The position numbers were made by a program, and so were the translations under genes. DNA of 63,279 nt, counting the filler, from Choristocarpus tenellus KU-1152 (taxonomy: Eukaryota; Protista; Phaeophyceae), in NCBI GenBank assembly GCA_964200185.2. It is 13 parts of 13 records of this genome, joined end to end, with 100 filler letters (N's around TTAATTAATTAA, not from the genome) between each part and the next. Parts side by side here need not be neighbours in the genome. Positions count along the whole stretch, not along the records: positions 1 to 6,329 come from CAXNAD020008376.1; positions 6,430 to 10,396 come from CAXNAD020016881.1; positions 10,497 to 14,139 come from CAXNAD020018776.1; 10 more parts are not named here. One strand, 5' to 3'. Positions within the stretch are counted from its first letter, which is position 1; the number at the start of each line of letters is the position of its first letter. Below the pieces are notes generated by a model. That model was given only the letters and a program-made list of their open reading frames with translations. It did not search any database and was not told where the DNA came from. Positions 1-12,558 of the stretch are shown here, piece after piece.

Positions 1-89
1 GGTTTGAACCTCCCCCCCTTTTTTTTTTTTTCCCCCAACCGGCCCCCCCCCCCCAACCCCCCCCCCCCCCCCCCCAGATACTTTGACCC

Positions 90-262
90 ATTCTTTTAAC
101 TTCTCTCCTACATCTTCTTTCTCCTAGCCACCCAGTACTTAACTCTTCGTCCACCTTCTCATTATGTTGTTTTTAGCCTAATCTGCATTCTATTCCCCAT
201 TAATCATTCCGTCCAGAATTCTCCCACCTCCAAAACTCAGATTACTTCATAAACTTCCCCTT
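90..262 (+). repeat. Dispersed repeat, copy 1 (inverted relative to 8118-8281)
   Basis: Shares ttaacttctctcc, ttaactcttcgt, cagaattct and aaaactcagattacttcataaactt with the reverse complement of 8118-8281. Confidence 0.7.
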
Positions 263-428
263 CTTTGGATGAAGTACTAAGTTGATTTGAGAGCGTTAAT
301 TTATCTTCTTTTTTTTGAAAAGTTTCGACATAATTAAGAAAATCCCTACACACATTTGTACAAAATGCCTAAACTTTTACCTATTTGTCAACATCCTTAA
401 AATGCAACACTATGTACCCCTCGCTTAC

Positions 429-682
429 GAGTGAAAGTATCTTAGAGGGTTAAGTTTTGCCCTGTTTGTCCATTTGGGGCTTGGGTTCCCATGTTGTTTT
501 TATGACATTTTCCTAATTCAAAGTGTTTCGGAGTGGGTAAAATAAAAAGTGTGAAAAGGTATGTCCGGAACAAGGATATTGACGCTTCCTAATAAACACG
601 ATCGCCAAAATTACATCAAAATCTCAACATCGGATTTTGTCCCCGAATGGACGCGGCCCTACCCTCTAAGATACTTTGGGTC
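429..682 (+). mobile_element. MITE family A
   Basis: TIRs GAGTGAAAGTATCTTAGAGGGT...ACCCTCTAAGATACTTTGGGTC; flanks TTAC/TTAC. Confidence 0.92.
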
Positions 683-2253
683 TTACTCTGACTCTCTACC
701 TCCTACTGTCTAATCCACTACCAGTGATGTCCATAGTGTATCAAAATAGCATCATCCCCACACACCTTGCACCTCACATCGAAACAGTTTCTCCTCTACA
801 TTTTGCTCCAGCATTCCACCCACCAACCTTCACAATAATTACTACAGGAAGTCAGACAAACGTGTTGCACCATTCAATTCTGTTGAGGAATAATCAATCA
901 TGCTTAATATTATTTTTCACACTTTTCGTAGAGTTAAGAAATTTGAATGGCCTACTACTGCCGACTTTCCAAGATCAAGGATGAGGTAGTACTGCTGACC
1001 TCTTCACACGTGCAGAACTGTGCGTGGGTAACAGGGGGGGCTGTGCCGGGGGAAAAGAGGAGGGGGAAGCTCCATCAGGCAGTGGACACTTATTGTGATC
1101 CAGCAATTCCCGGAGGAAAGAAAGAACAGTAGGTGTGTGTGTGCGGGAAAACTTGTTGAAGATAAACTGGGACAGGGAAAAGAGGACTAGATAGCAGTCA
1201 TAGTAATCAAGCAATACCAGGAGAGGTGAACTGTGTGAACAGCGGTTGGGGGGGAATAGAGAGGACAGGAAGAGAAGCTCCACGACAATATACTATATGT
1301 GTATCTTTCAATATCGAGAAAGTCAAACAAGACCCATTTGATCTGGAAATTATAACCAGATTACCTTATACGTCCGCTGTAATGTACGCTCTATTTTCAT
1401 TTTGTAGTTATCAAACTATTTCTTGCACCTCAATTAATTACACTGCCTCTGCAGTCGACTGAGTAACCACACACTGGGTCCTAGAAAGTCAGGCAACTGC
1501 AGCTCCCTCAAAAATCAATGTGCCACAAGATGCAGAACACAATACCCACTTCCAGAAAAGGTCAATCCTCCGATGTCATATCTCCCTCCCTGATTCTCAT
1601 CTTTCTGAAAGGGGCAACGGAGATAGGACCTGCGGATTGATTGGGTCGACAAACGACAACACAAAATGTCAATGAAGTTGGTGTGGAGATAGACAGGGTG
1701 CCAGTTTGAAGAAATCGGTAGGTTGGCAGTGGATGCAGGGGGGGCTTTGAAGTAATTGTAGCCACTGTACCTCTCTCGTCTTGTTTTGTGGGCTACCCAT
1801 TCTCTAGTTTGCTTTCATTTTCGCGGTCTTGCCACCTCATTCCAGTTTTCGCATGTTTTGTAGTTTAGCAAACAGATAGGATAGTAGTAGTAGTACAAGT
1901 GTACAACTCGTAGTGGTCGCAATGTGAGTGAACTTGGGGTCAACAAAACCAGACTTTCCTGAAGAAGGAAATCTGATGATGAGTGGGTTTAACCCACACA
2001 CGCTTTGAAGGAATGGTGTTGGCATTCAACCACTGACATGTAAGGATACTCTCCCACTGTGATAGCTGTTGAAACTTGAGTATCCTCTCTGTTACCGGGA
2101 AGGTAGTGTAGTGAGTGCTTACAAAAAGCGAAAAAAATAATCAAACAGCAGGGCTAAGGTTTAACGCTAGGTGCAGATGAAGGGTGTGTGCCAAGTGTGT
2201 TGGCTAGGTTCCACCCCCGACACAGGAATAAACCTCAACAGCCCATGAAAATA

Positions 2254-2516
2254 GAGTCAAAACATCTTAGAGGGTAGAGCCGCGTCCGTTTGGTGGCCAA
2301 AATCCAATGTTGCGATTTTGATGTAATTTTTTCTATTGTGTTTGTTAGTAGGAAGTGTCAAACATTCTTGTTCCAAACACATTTTCATAACGTGTACATT
2401 TTACCAACTCCGAAACATTTCGGAGTAGGAAAAATGTCATAAAAAACCCGTGGGAAGTCAAGCCCCAAACGGACAAACAGGGCAAAACACATACACCCTC
2501 TAAGATACTTTCACTC
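2254..2516 (-). mobile_element. MITE family A
   Basis: GAGTCAAAACATCTTAGAGGGT...ACCCTCTAAGATACTTTCACTC with the conserved family interior. Confidence 0.92.
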
Positions 2517-3682
2517 AAGAGTAAGCCTCACAGCCTGTGCTGTGTGTTGAAGGAGTTGCAGTGGGTGTTACCCGCAAATTTTAGAATCACCACCATGAGG
2601 TTCAATGAAGAATTGGGAATCGTTGTACATTTATCTTTTAGGCACTACTACTGGGGTTCAGCGGTTTTGGATCCAAGAAAATTTCGTTTTTCAAAATTAG
2701 AACCTTGCCTCGGAATATATGAGAGACTAAGACATTTAAACAAAGCTTTCACCTTAGAAGATGACAATCAATTCCACACCTGAGTACAGAAAATGCATGG
2801 AAGGAGGGAGAGGTACCCAGATTCGTATTTTAAGGATCTCGGCAAATATGTCCGAAATTCGACTTTTTTACAAAAGCGTGTAGAATATTTTTCCGAATTA
2901 TATCAACATATTTCAAGCAATAGACAAATAAACCCTGTCAAGTCAAACTTAGCACTTCATCCATCGAAATATGAGTGAATTCCACTATATTGAAAAACTG
3001 GCTTATAATGCGAAACGGTCAAAAACTGGGGGTATCACGGGGCTGAAATATTGCCGTAACTATGCACTCGAGCTTCTACCAGATGGCATCGTCATCACAG
3101 TTTAAACTATTTAGATCCCAGAACACTATATGTAGAACACGGCAGGCAAGTTTGTCTTGTCTTGCTCACAGCCTCACAACAACAACACCCCAGCCGCATG
3201 GCAGGCAAAAGCATCAACACCTGAGAGGCGCCCTTCAGCACAGGTTGCTGTGCTGGGCATTACCTAGGCACGCTAAATTACAAGACACACACAAAAGGAA
3301 GCTAATGGTGCGCAAGCCCACCGCAACTGCAGAGCTCCTAGACCTCATTCCAACTCGGGATCCAACCTTCAAAATGTCCACATAACATCATCTCTTTCCG
3401 AGCACTCAACAATTTCTCAATCACAAGTGTCCACATTGAATTGCATTCAAACCGATGCCTCATACACAAAACACACACACACACACATAACTCAGGATGG
3501 AAAAAAGGACTGTGATACCAAGGCACACATCCAAAAACAAGCAAAAACAACGTTGCACAAGAAACAATCAGCCCCCTCCCCCCCCCTTCCTCATGGCAGT
3601 CTTTCCCAAACAGCTGTTTGCCCAGCAGCCTATCGTGCGTGAGGAAGGGAGACTTGGGGTCGGCACACTAGCACCAGCACCC

Positions 3683-6237
3683 TCATCCAACTTCCCTTCT
3701 CCCCGACCCTCGCCTTCCCCCCCCCCTCCTGCTCCTGAGTTTCTCTTGTTCCCTGGCGGAAAGCAGTCTACGGATGCGTTCCTTCTCCTTTTCCTTCCTC
3801 TCTCGAGCCTCCTTCACCTCGGGTAGGTTGTTGTACAGCCTGTCAATGCAACACACCATTTCGGGAACGGGGTGGGGTTGGTGACCACAGAGGATACCTA
3901 CCAAGCATTCTCCTCTCGAGGCTGCGATGCACACCAACGATCGTGATCCTCACCACCCCCCATTCAGGAATCCTTCCCAGCACCTCAATATGACTATTTA
4001 TTTTGGTCCCCCTCCTCAGAGACTCCATACCCATGCGCTCACATCAGAGGTCGAGAAAGAGGAGTCGACAGGAGCCGAGAAACCTATAAAAAAAAAAACG
4101 TACTCTAATCTTCAGTCCGTCCTGCCTACTTGTGAAAACATCCGTCCCCGTTTTTCATTCATCTGTTTCATTCATCACCTGTTGGTCCTCATTCGGGCTT
4201 CCTTCACCGAGACTCGCCGAGGACCATTCTCCCCCTCAATCCCACGCCCTGCCCACCTACTGCTCCGAGAGGACGAGGCCATCGGCGAACCTCCCACCAC
4301 CCTCTCTGGTCCCCATGCCCGCTGTACACGATGCTGTTCTTGGCTGTCTGCACTGTCACCTAACCTTTCAGCAGAATGTTCCTCATTCCCCCCTCTTAAC
4401 TCTAACTCTCCCACGAGAGGGGATGTTTCCTTTTCCTCATCACCTACCACCTTCTCTCTGGCCAATCGCCTATCTTCCCGCTTCCTTCGGTTCTGGTTGG
4501 AGTTTATTGGGGTTAGGATTAGGGCTAGGATCAGGGTTTTCGGGTTAGGGAGGTACGATCAGTAGAATGCAGTGAAGGCAGTTGAGGGACAAGGATATAC
4601 ACGTGGGTGAAAGGGTGAGTGGGTTGACTCAATAAACCCTTGAAAAGAGTTTGAGCTATACTACAGTATGAGATAAAAAGGGCAAGAACAAGATGGATGT
4701 TGCCCCCTCCCCCCCGAAAAAACAAAACAAAACACAAAACACAAAATGCATTTAGAGGATGGAAAGACTCGATCGACATGCTCTCACCGCCTCCTCCCTT
4801 GCCCTTGACCTCTTGATGAACGCAGACGCTTTCCTTTGGAAAACCTCCGCCAGCTCTCCCCTGGGGCTGCCCAACTTCTCCTCACCAACTCCCCCTATTG
4901 ATGACAAAGAGTCGTCCCGCTCCAGCCCTGCCATTCTCAATCCACCTTGAGGATAAAGTTAGGCGGGTGCACAGCCCCGCCCATAGGGGGAGGGGATGCC
5001 GATTGCAAAGGAGTACTACTCAGTTGGTGCTTCTGACCCACCATTTTTTTTTTAAATCTTAAACCCTATTTACACAATACTTGGAAAAATATGGAGGGTA
5101 TAAAATATGGGATGGTGCTGTCAGCAGCGCGGCGATAGGTACATCATCCAGCAGAAAGTGTATCTGAACTAAATAGGCCGGACTGGCACCAGTAATGCCT
5201 TGAGCAGGACACAAATCAAGTACTATTTCATCTAAACGCGGAAAAATCCTACTGCACACGTCCTCTAAATCCAAAGGCACCCCTGTGCTCACTCAAACGC
5301 CCAGTCCACAACACATCAGCTCACGACCACGCTGCATGCTGAGAGCACAAAGAAACTCTGTGCATAATCTCAATATGTGAGGCATCAACAGGGGCAGCTG
5401 TCAATCTCCACAACAACAAAAAAAACGGAACTCAAGGAGGGATCAGGGGTCCTGACCTGCTGCTCCCATGTCCCAGGCCATCGAGACGCTTCGCTTGGTC
5501 CCTTCCACTGCCCCCTCCTCTGATGCAATTGTCGAGGGTACCAAAGAGGCTGGAGACCCTCCCACCCCGATTGCCAAGGCGGGACCTGCCCGCCATGCAG
5601 AAAGAGAATCCTCCGACCTCTCCGAGGCCTTGAGAGAGTCCTCAGTTGATACCACTTCAGGCCCTTTCCCACTGCTGACGGCATAGAGGCTCTCCCCCTC
5701 CCAGTCTCTTCTCATCCCTTCTGACTTGCCCTCCTCACCTTGACCCCCTCCTTGCCCTCGCATAACCTCTAACACCGAGGCGCTCAGAAGACTCTGAGAA
5801 CCAGAGAGCATAGAATCCGAACCCGACCACAGCCCAAGCTCATTCACAATCACATCTCCACTAACGTCATCATCTCTATCACGGTTGGGGGATCTTTGTT
5901 GGGCTAACACCATGTCAAGCTTGTTCCCACCCGAGCACCCCTCGTTCTCTCCCCTTTCCCAGTCCCCCTCCACACCTGACACTTCACTTGCCCGCTCCCG
6001 ATCGTACTTCTTGCTATCCAGCGGATGAGGACCCCTGACCTCATCGTCCCGTTCCTCTTTCCGTTCTCCACTGTCATTCTCCTTCATCTCTTCCCACTCT
6101 GAGAAACCGCTCATCAACGACAAACTCACCTCAGACAAGATGTTTCTACCATCTTGAACCTCACTGCTGTCTCCCAGTCCCGATATACTGGTACTCAATT
6201 CGTCCTCCTTGATCAAAGATTTCTCACCACTGACCAA
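3683..6237 (-). CDS. ALMS-motif protein (ALMS1/CEP295/C10orf90-like C-terminus), 3' part; exons ~6237-5457, 4945-4788, 4492-4179, 3839-3683
   Basis: Four GT-AG exons splice with matching phases (1, 0, 2). The product has LAEVFQRKASAFIKRSRAREEA and RRVSVKEARMRTNRLYNNLPEVKEARERKEKEKERIRRL, matching the two conserved blocks of the ALMS motif, after an acidic/Ser/Gly-rich region. The 5' end is lost at poly-C and the linker. Confidence 0.8.
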
Positions 6238-6329
6238 ATCCCCCCCCCCCCCCCCCCCCCTCCCCCCCCCTTCCCCCTAGTTCTTTCTGCTCACACTCCC
6301 TTCCTCTCCAAAACCGGTCCCGCCCAATG

Positions 6330-6429
6330 NNNNNNNNNNNNNNNNNNNNNNNNNNNNNNNNNNNNNNNNNNNNTTAATTAATTAANNNNNNNNNNNNNNN
6401 NNNNNNNNNNNNNNNNNNNNNNNNNNNNN
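6330..6429. other. Artificial contig linker N44-TTAATTAATTAA-N44; also at 10397, 14140, 20958, 24984, 32663, 38988, 42756, 46101, 49970, 54692, 60386
   Basis: Identical 100-bp spacer with stops in all six frames. Confidence 0.98.
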
Positions 6430-6505
6430 CCCCCAGATGCTTTGGGTCATTCCACGCTCTTTGCTTTATTGGCTACTTCAAAGAAATTTCAAAATAGATA
6501 CTATA

Positions 6506-7430
6506 CTACCTCCGTGCCATAAGTCTGTGCCGCGTTGTCAATAACGTTTGGCAATGTTGATGAAATTAATTTCTGAAAGAAGATTTGGAATTCTTGATGA
6601 ATTTCCGGGTTAGGTTCAGTTCTTTATATTATTATTATTCCCCATCTATCATAATTTTAATCAGCCACAGAAAAAGCCTCCAAGTCTACCTTAGGCGTGT
6701 TTTCAAGCTCACCAGACAACTGCCTCTTCCTTACCCCTGTGTGCTCCACACTGAAGTCATTCCCCCCTTTGTATCTAAGTAATTGATTGTACACCACAAA
6801 AAGGAGCTGCCAAGCCCTCTCAAGTTTGGTTTCATCGTACTCCTCTTACTGTTTCTTAATAACCTTCACCATCTCCTCGACGGACCCAAACCTCTCCACC
6901 ATCACTCGGCATTTCAAAGACCTGAAGAAGCACAGGTCCATGATATTAAGGTCGGGGGAGTTAGATAGCTACGTCACAAGCCTAATAAACTCCTCCGCGT
7001 ACCACTTCCAGTACCACAAATGGTCTAAAGTACAGTCCTGCTCGTACACATCCCCCTTTGTATGGTGGTTTCTTGTCCTGTCTGCCGTTTTTGGTGCTCA
7101 CACACGCCAAACACCAAGCTTTCCATCAAAGCTGGGAGCCGAATCTGGGGGTGTCTTGGCTGCAATGATCATGGTTTTGAGGATATGACTCTTGTGCTGC
7201 ACAGTAGGGGACCCTGGAAGATCACTATCATCCTCATGCGGAAATACCCTAACCCCTTCCCCATCAGCCATCCCGTAAAACCAGGTTTCACCCATATGGA
7301 TCGTGTTCGCCATGGAGGCGTACACACCACGTTTCCGGTCCCCTTGATCACAAACAAAGCCCATTCTCCACACATTTTGCCACGATTTAAGGTAGTTAAT
7401 TGCAGTGCCTTCTTCTGCTAAGGTCAAGCG
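6506..7430 (-). mobile_element. Degenerate plant-type (DD39D-like) mariner transposon with one TIR
   Basis: Transposase motifs in order: IHMGETWFY, KSHILKTMIIA, FDGKLGVWRV, then NSPDLNIMDLCFFRSLK, with in-frame stops. Terminus TA|CTACCTCCGT at 6504-6515 resembles the Stowaway/mariner end CTCCCTCCGT. Confidence 0.85.
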
Positions 7431-8117
7431 AGACCTGGCAATTAACCAAGACAGACATACACTATGTTATTTGAGATTGATGGAACAAAGACCTTCATGA
7501 ACAAGTAGTGAGGCAAAGAAACTGTGATAATTGACGTACACCATGCTAGGGCAGCTGCTGGGCCAGCCCAAGCAAATCAGGGCACATATATATCCAGTGT
7601 CACCCACTGACAGCTGAATAATGTTGTGCTCATTGTCTCATTCCTTTTGGGTTGAAGGTTCTCGTGTTCCTCTTTCTTTTCTTTGTGTGATGCGTTATTA
7701 GTGAGGAGTGTTTGCACTAGATGGACTAGGTAGGTGTAATACTTCTTTTTGCCCGCTTTTTCTGAGGGTCTTGCGCTGGTGCCAACATCGATGACATCCT
7801 ATCCCAAGCATTGGGTAACAGTATTAGTAGCATTTGCTATTTTTGTCTTTCTTCATTTTTATTATTTCTTCTACTACACTAAGTGCAATAGGATTTCGTC
7901 GGATTTTCCCCTGACACATCTGTAAACTAATGAAGGACATTATGATAAAAAAAATAGTATTACTACTTCCACAACATCGTGATAACAGGTTTTCCACCAA
8001 CAACCTTTTAACTACTGGTCGGTTTGGAGAAGACAAAAAAATATTAATATAGTGAATTAGTAAAGAGGTAATTGATTTTGTAGTTCACAACTATGGTTAT
8101 GTGCTATGATCATGAAA

Positions 8118-8281
8118 GGGAAAGTTTATGAAGTAATCTGAGTTTTGTGGGCGGAAGAATTCTGGTTGATTGGGGGCACAGGGGAAGAGAGGAGACAGGA
8201 AAGAAAAAAATAGCATGAGGGTGAACGAAGAGTTAAATACTGAGTGGTTGACAGAGGGAGGAGAGAAGTTAAAGAAATGGG
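8118..8281 (-). repeat. Dispersed repeat, copy 2 (unclassified TE fragment)
   Basis: Reverse-complement similarity to 90-262. Confidence 0.7.
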
Positions 8282-8611
8282 TGGTAGGTGAAAGCAGAAG
8301 GGAGGAAGGAATGGCCAGTATTGAAATGGAAAGTACATCTAGGGCTGGTGTGGCAGGACGAGGAGGGCTAGATCAAGACGACCCCCGAGCAAGCTTTCCC
8401 GCCCACCCACCCTGTCACTTGCTCACGACCGACTGGGATGCTAGGAAGAGAGGGGAGGTCAAGTTCGGGCGGGGTAGATGTCTTCTAGCTCAAAGGCATG
8501 GTATGAAGGGGATGATGAAGGGGTGTTCTTGGATGATTGTGGAGTGGTAACTGGTGTAGGGTAGAGGGGAGTGGGAACTAGTGTGGGGTTGAAGCATGTG
8601 GTAGTGACCAG

Positions 8612-8767
8612 AAATCAGTGGCGAAGGGGGTTAGCTCTGGTTGGTCATCAGATGTGGGCGTTGGCTGGAAATCAGTGTCGAAAGGTGTTTGCATTGGTTG
8701 GTCATCACAAAGGGGGGGAGGGGACGGAAAATCAGTGGCGAAGAAGTTGCACTGGTTAGTCACAAGG
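8612..8767. repeat. Minisatellite, about 3 diverged units of 57-60 bp
   Basis: aaatcagtg(g/t)cgaa...tggtt(g/a)gtca recurs three times. The minus frame gives repeated F(A/D)TDF...DDQP. Confidence 0.7.
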
Positions 8768-8957
8768 GTTGATAGAACGAGGGGAGGAGAAGGAAAAGGG
8801 GGGAATGCAAACATAGAATAAAATAATAATAATCCAGAATTGGTGAGCAAAACAGTGTTCATTATTCTACTCCTGCATTAATAATTAGGGTATTTAACTG
8901 TGAAACAGATGGAAACAACCCAACAGGTTCTTCGTACTGAAGGGTAGCAGGAAGGCC

Positions 8958-9216
8958 GAGCGAGAGTATCTTAGAGGGTAAGAGCTTTGCCCTGTTTGTC
9001 CATTTGGGGCTTGGCTTCCCATGGTGTTTTTTCATACATTTTACTACTCCAAAATGTTTCGGAGTAGGTAAAATGTATATGTTATGAAAAGGCGTGTCCA
9101 GAACATGGATATTGACACTTCCCAACATACACAATGGCCAAAATTATATCAAAATCTCAACATTGGATTGTGGCCCCCAAATGGACGCGATTTTACCCTC
9201 TAAGATACTTTGACTC
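8958..9216 (+). mobile_element. MITE family A
   Basis: Both TIRs present; flanks GGCC/GGCC. Confidence 0.92.
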
Positions 9217-9420
9217 GGCCCACAGGGGGCAGGGAAAAGGAGGGAGACGAGTCAGAAGGAAGAGCAATCCCTCGGAAGATCACTCAGGGAAAGAATTAAC
9301 AAGAGGTAAGTAATGAGGGGGATTTGCAAGGTTCCCTCAAACCACCCATTATTTACTTCAAGCAGATGTCACCTTCAACATGAAAGAACAAATGTAATAC
9401 GAATATCAGATTCTTCAAGA

Positions 9421-9572
9421 TAGGTTAAATGTATACGCTATGAAAAGGTGAGTGCAGAACAAGGGTATTGACATCTCCTAACAAACACGATAGCCAAAAT
9501 TACATCAAAACCGCAACATTCAATTTTGGCCCCCAAACGGTCATGGCTCTACCCTCTAAGGTACTTCGAATC
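9421..9572 (+). mobile_element. MITE family A, truncated (right half)
   Basis: Family interior plus accctctaaggtacttcgaatc; left TIR absent. Confidence 0.8.
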
Positions 9573-11523
9573 AGATCCATTCCGATTCTGACTTATCAAT
9601 TTCCCTGCTGTGACGTTTGCTCAGCCATTTTGTGACATCTATTGTGCACTAAGGGTTTGGTTCTGTTCTGAATTTCCTCGACTAATTTTAAGATGCTGGG
9701 CCAAGATCTGTGAAACTCGGTCCCGCCCTCTGTGTTGGAAGAGTTCAGTCCGGTGATTGTGATTGTCCCCTTACACAGAGAGCTTTGACGCCAAGTGTTC
9801 AACCTAACACGTTTTCACATTGTGTCTGACCAAACCAAGACGTACGATACATAGAGAAGTGGGACCACTTCCAACCCCACTTCCGCTTCCACTCCACCAG
9901 CAAAGAGAAGACCTCTGCAAGGAAAGGGAAGAAGAAGGCCACCACCAGCGCGGCAACTGAAGGAGCTACAGAGGAGGGTACTACTAATACCCAACCTCTA
10001 CCAGCTCCCGTGTCTACACATCTGTAGATAAAGGTACCCCTGGTGGCTTGCTAGAGCAGGAAGGGGTGACGGAGCAGAGGCTGAGGGAAGGCCCTGCCTG
10101 TAATCCGACCCTACGCCAGTTTAGGATGCTGGCAGAAGACCAGGAGGGAACAGACGATTACAGTAAGATGGTGACATTCGACCTCCAGACATAATGGATC
10201 GACAACTCATCTATTTCAAGAAAATTGTGAATGAGGCGATTCGTGAGACTCCCTCCACATTACCAAGGCTTATTGGCAGTGAACGCGAACTCTGAACATA
10301 AAGGTGAGTGCGACAAACCCAGAGTCCAATAGCCTTTCTGTTCTTATAGAACCCACTCACGTCCCCTCGTTAACAGTGGATTAAAAAAATTGAGGANNNN
10401 NNNNNNNNNNNNNNNNNNNNNNNNNNNNNNNNNNNNNNNNTTAATTAATTAANNNNNNNNNNNNNNNNNNNNNNNNNNNNNNNNNNNNNNNNNNNNCCCC
10501 CCTCCCAGATACTTTGGGTCAGAACAGATTTGTGTTACTCCTGTTCCCCATTATGACAATATCCCCAGCTGTAGGCACTGTACTTGTTGATCTTGCCTTC
10601 GGATGTTCCATTTGTCCCCCAAGTGATGGCCCATGGTTCCATTTAACAGCGTTTCATGCATAATCAATGCCTTTGTAGGAAGGGTCGCCTTGTTTGATGC
10701 TTGAAGTTTCTCTTTCCCGGGTTCTCAAACTTGGTCTAAATGTGATTGAATGTGACCATAAAATCTTCATTGTCCTCGCAGCACTAGTGCGCTGTGTGTC
10801 CCTTTGTCACGTCCTCTTAGTGATATCAACTCCATAGGAATCTCATCCTGCACACATCCACTAGATGGAACAAAATTTCAGTCAATCCCTTTTGTTTGGT
10901 TTGCCAATGTTAACGAACCACAGCAAGATCACTGTGTCAGATCTCCTGGTAACCTCTGCCAGAAATAACCGTAACTCTTCGTAAGCTTGTTGCACTAAGG
11001 GATGCAGTCCTTTTCCATCTGCATCGCCACCAGGTATACTCTCCAAGAGTTCCAAGTGTCTCTTGAATGACCCGAAGCTTCCATTACATTCTGCACAATA
11101 TCATAATGACAGAGAGTTGGCCTTCACCAACTGGGGGACTGGGTCACTGTTTCGATCCTTCCAACCCGTAGAAGTAGAGTAGTAGAGCAATATATCTGGA
11201 TTTTCCCAGCAAGAACGATTGATAATCGTCAATATTACCAAGATACAGTTCTGGCAAGGTCAAGCGACAATAGGGATATCCTGAAACTGTACATATACAG
11301 TCATGACTGAGCTTCATAGAACAGCCATAGAAGTACATGGTCGACAAAAGATTCGCCACAGGAGAATCTTTCCCAGCAGTGACACACATCAGCCTCACAC
11401 GATATGGACACATGTATGAATATGTACAACATTTTACCCTAACTGTCCGAGCAACATACCTAGCATGGTTGAGAGTGCTAGCTCCTTTAGTTAAGCCAAC
11501 AATTGGTGCTCAGTTATCCCTAG

Positions 11524-12558
11524 CTACGCATTGTGTCCAGCAATTGTATCACCGAGGAGAAATCCCTCCATGCGTACATCTCCTGTGAGGCGTGCAAGAC
11601 TCAACAAGACTGGGTCATCTCTCCTCCTTCTCACTCCAATGGAGGGATCACTCAAGAGCCAGGCAGTCACCTTGTCACGACCATATGCAACAGCATGATT
11701 GAGAGGGTCGTTGCCACCCTTATTTTGCAGTCTGAAATCCACACCCCTTGACGCGAGATACCTGAAAATGTGACCAATCAAGGATCATGCAAAAAACCCC
11801 TACAATGTGTGAGCAGTAGAGGCCATAGATGACACAAAAAGCAGCATGTAAAAAAATGGAAAGCCTTACCATTACAACAAGCTAATACTACAAAGCACTA
11901 ACTATATGTACTTGGACCTTACACTCGACCTTGTCATGGCCATAATGGGTAATCACATTTATCATACGTCCATACCTTGGGCATGGAAGACTGAAAGTTT
12001 TTTCAATATGTAAAAAAAAATATGTGAATACCACAATTCTTCCCATACTTGTTCCACTTTCAAGGTCCACCAGGGCCCAAGGGGGATTTCAATAAGGAAA
12101 CAAGTCCACTAAACAAGATTGTTTCTTCCCAAATACATTCACTTAAGTTTTAAGACATGTGCACACCTGCAGACAGTCTCATTTCCGCCAGAAGCTGCCC
12201 AGTGTGCAATGGAGCAGCCGTTAATGTTAACAGAATTGATAGGTGCATTCGCCTCATCAACAGCCCATCTTCCAATGCAAAAAAGAGAAGCAAAGAGAGA
12301 AGGAGAGGACAGCTGTTGTTACTCAAACAGCTTTGCTCACTCTTGTCCTCTGCAAGGGGTTAGGGTTAGAGCTACTTAAAATATGAATATTCCCTTTGAA
12401 GAAAAAGTATTAAAAAAGTATATAAAAAATAAGATCAAGTTATAATCCCACCTAGTAACTTCCAGTCCTCCCGCCCAAGCGGCCCACATGGCTACTGTGT
12501 TCCCCTCAGCTGTAATAGCTGCAATGTCTGCTCCTTGGCTCAGGAACCAACGGCATAC
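11524..12558 (-). CDS. Ankyrin-repeat protein, last three exons (12558-12452, 12268-12167, 11761-11524)
   Basis: In-phase GT-AG splicing gives VCRWFLSQGADIAAITAEGNTVAMWAAWAGGLEVTR / WAVDEANAPINSVNINGCSIAHWAASGGNETVCR / YLASRGVDFRLQNKGGNDPLNHAVAYGRDKVTAWLL, about one ankyrin repeat per exon. Confidence 0.9.

Noticed and set aside
2560-3045. Possible MITE bounded by cagtgggtgttacccgc / gggggtatcacggggctg
   Set aside because: The inverted match is weak, there is no TSD, and it is single copy here.
6374-6385. Recurrent TTAATTAATTAA palindrome as a biological repeat or CRISPR-like unit
   Set aside because: Always centred in 88 Ns; it is an artificial linker.
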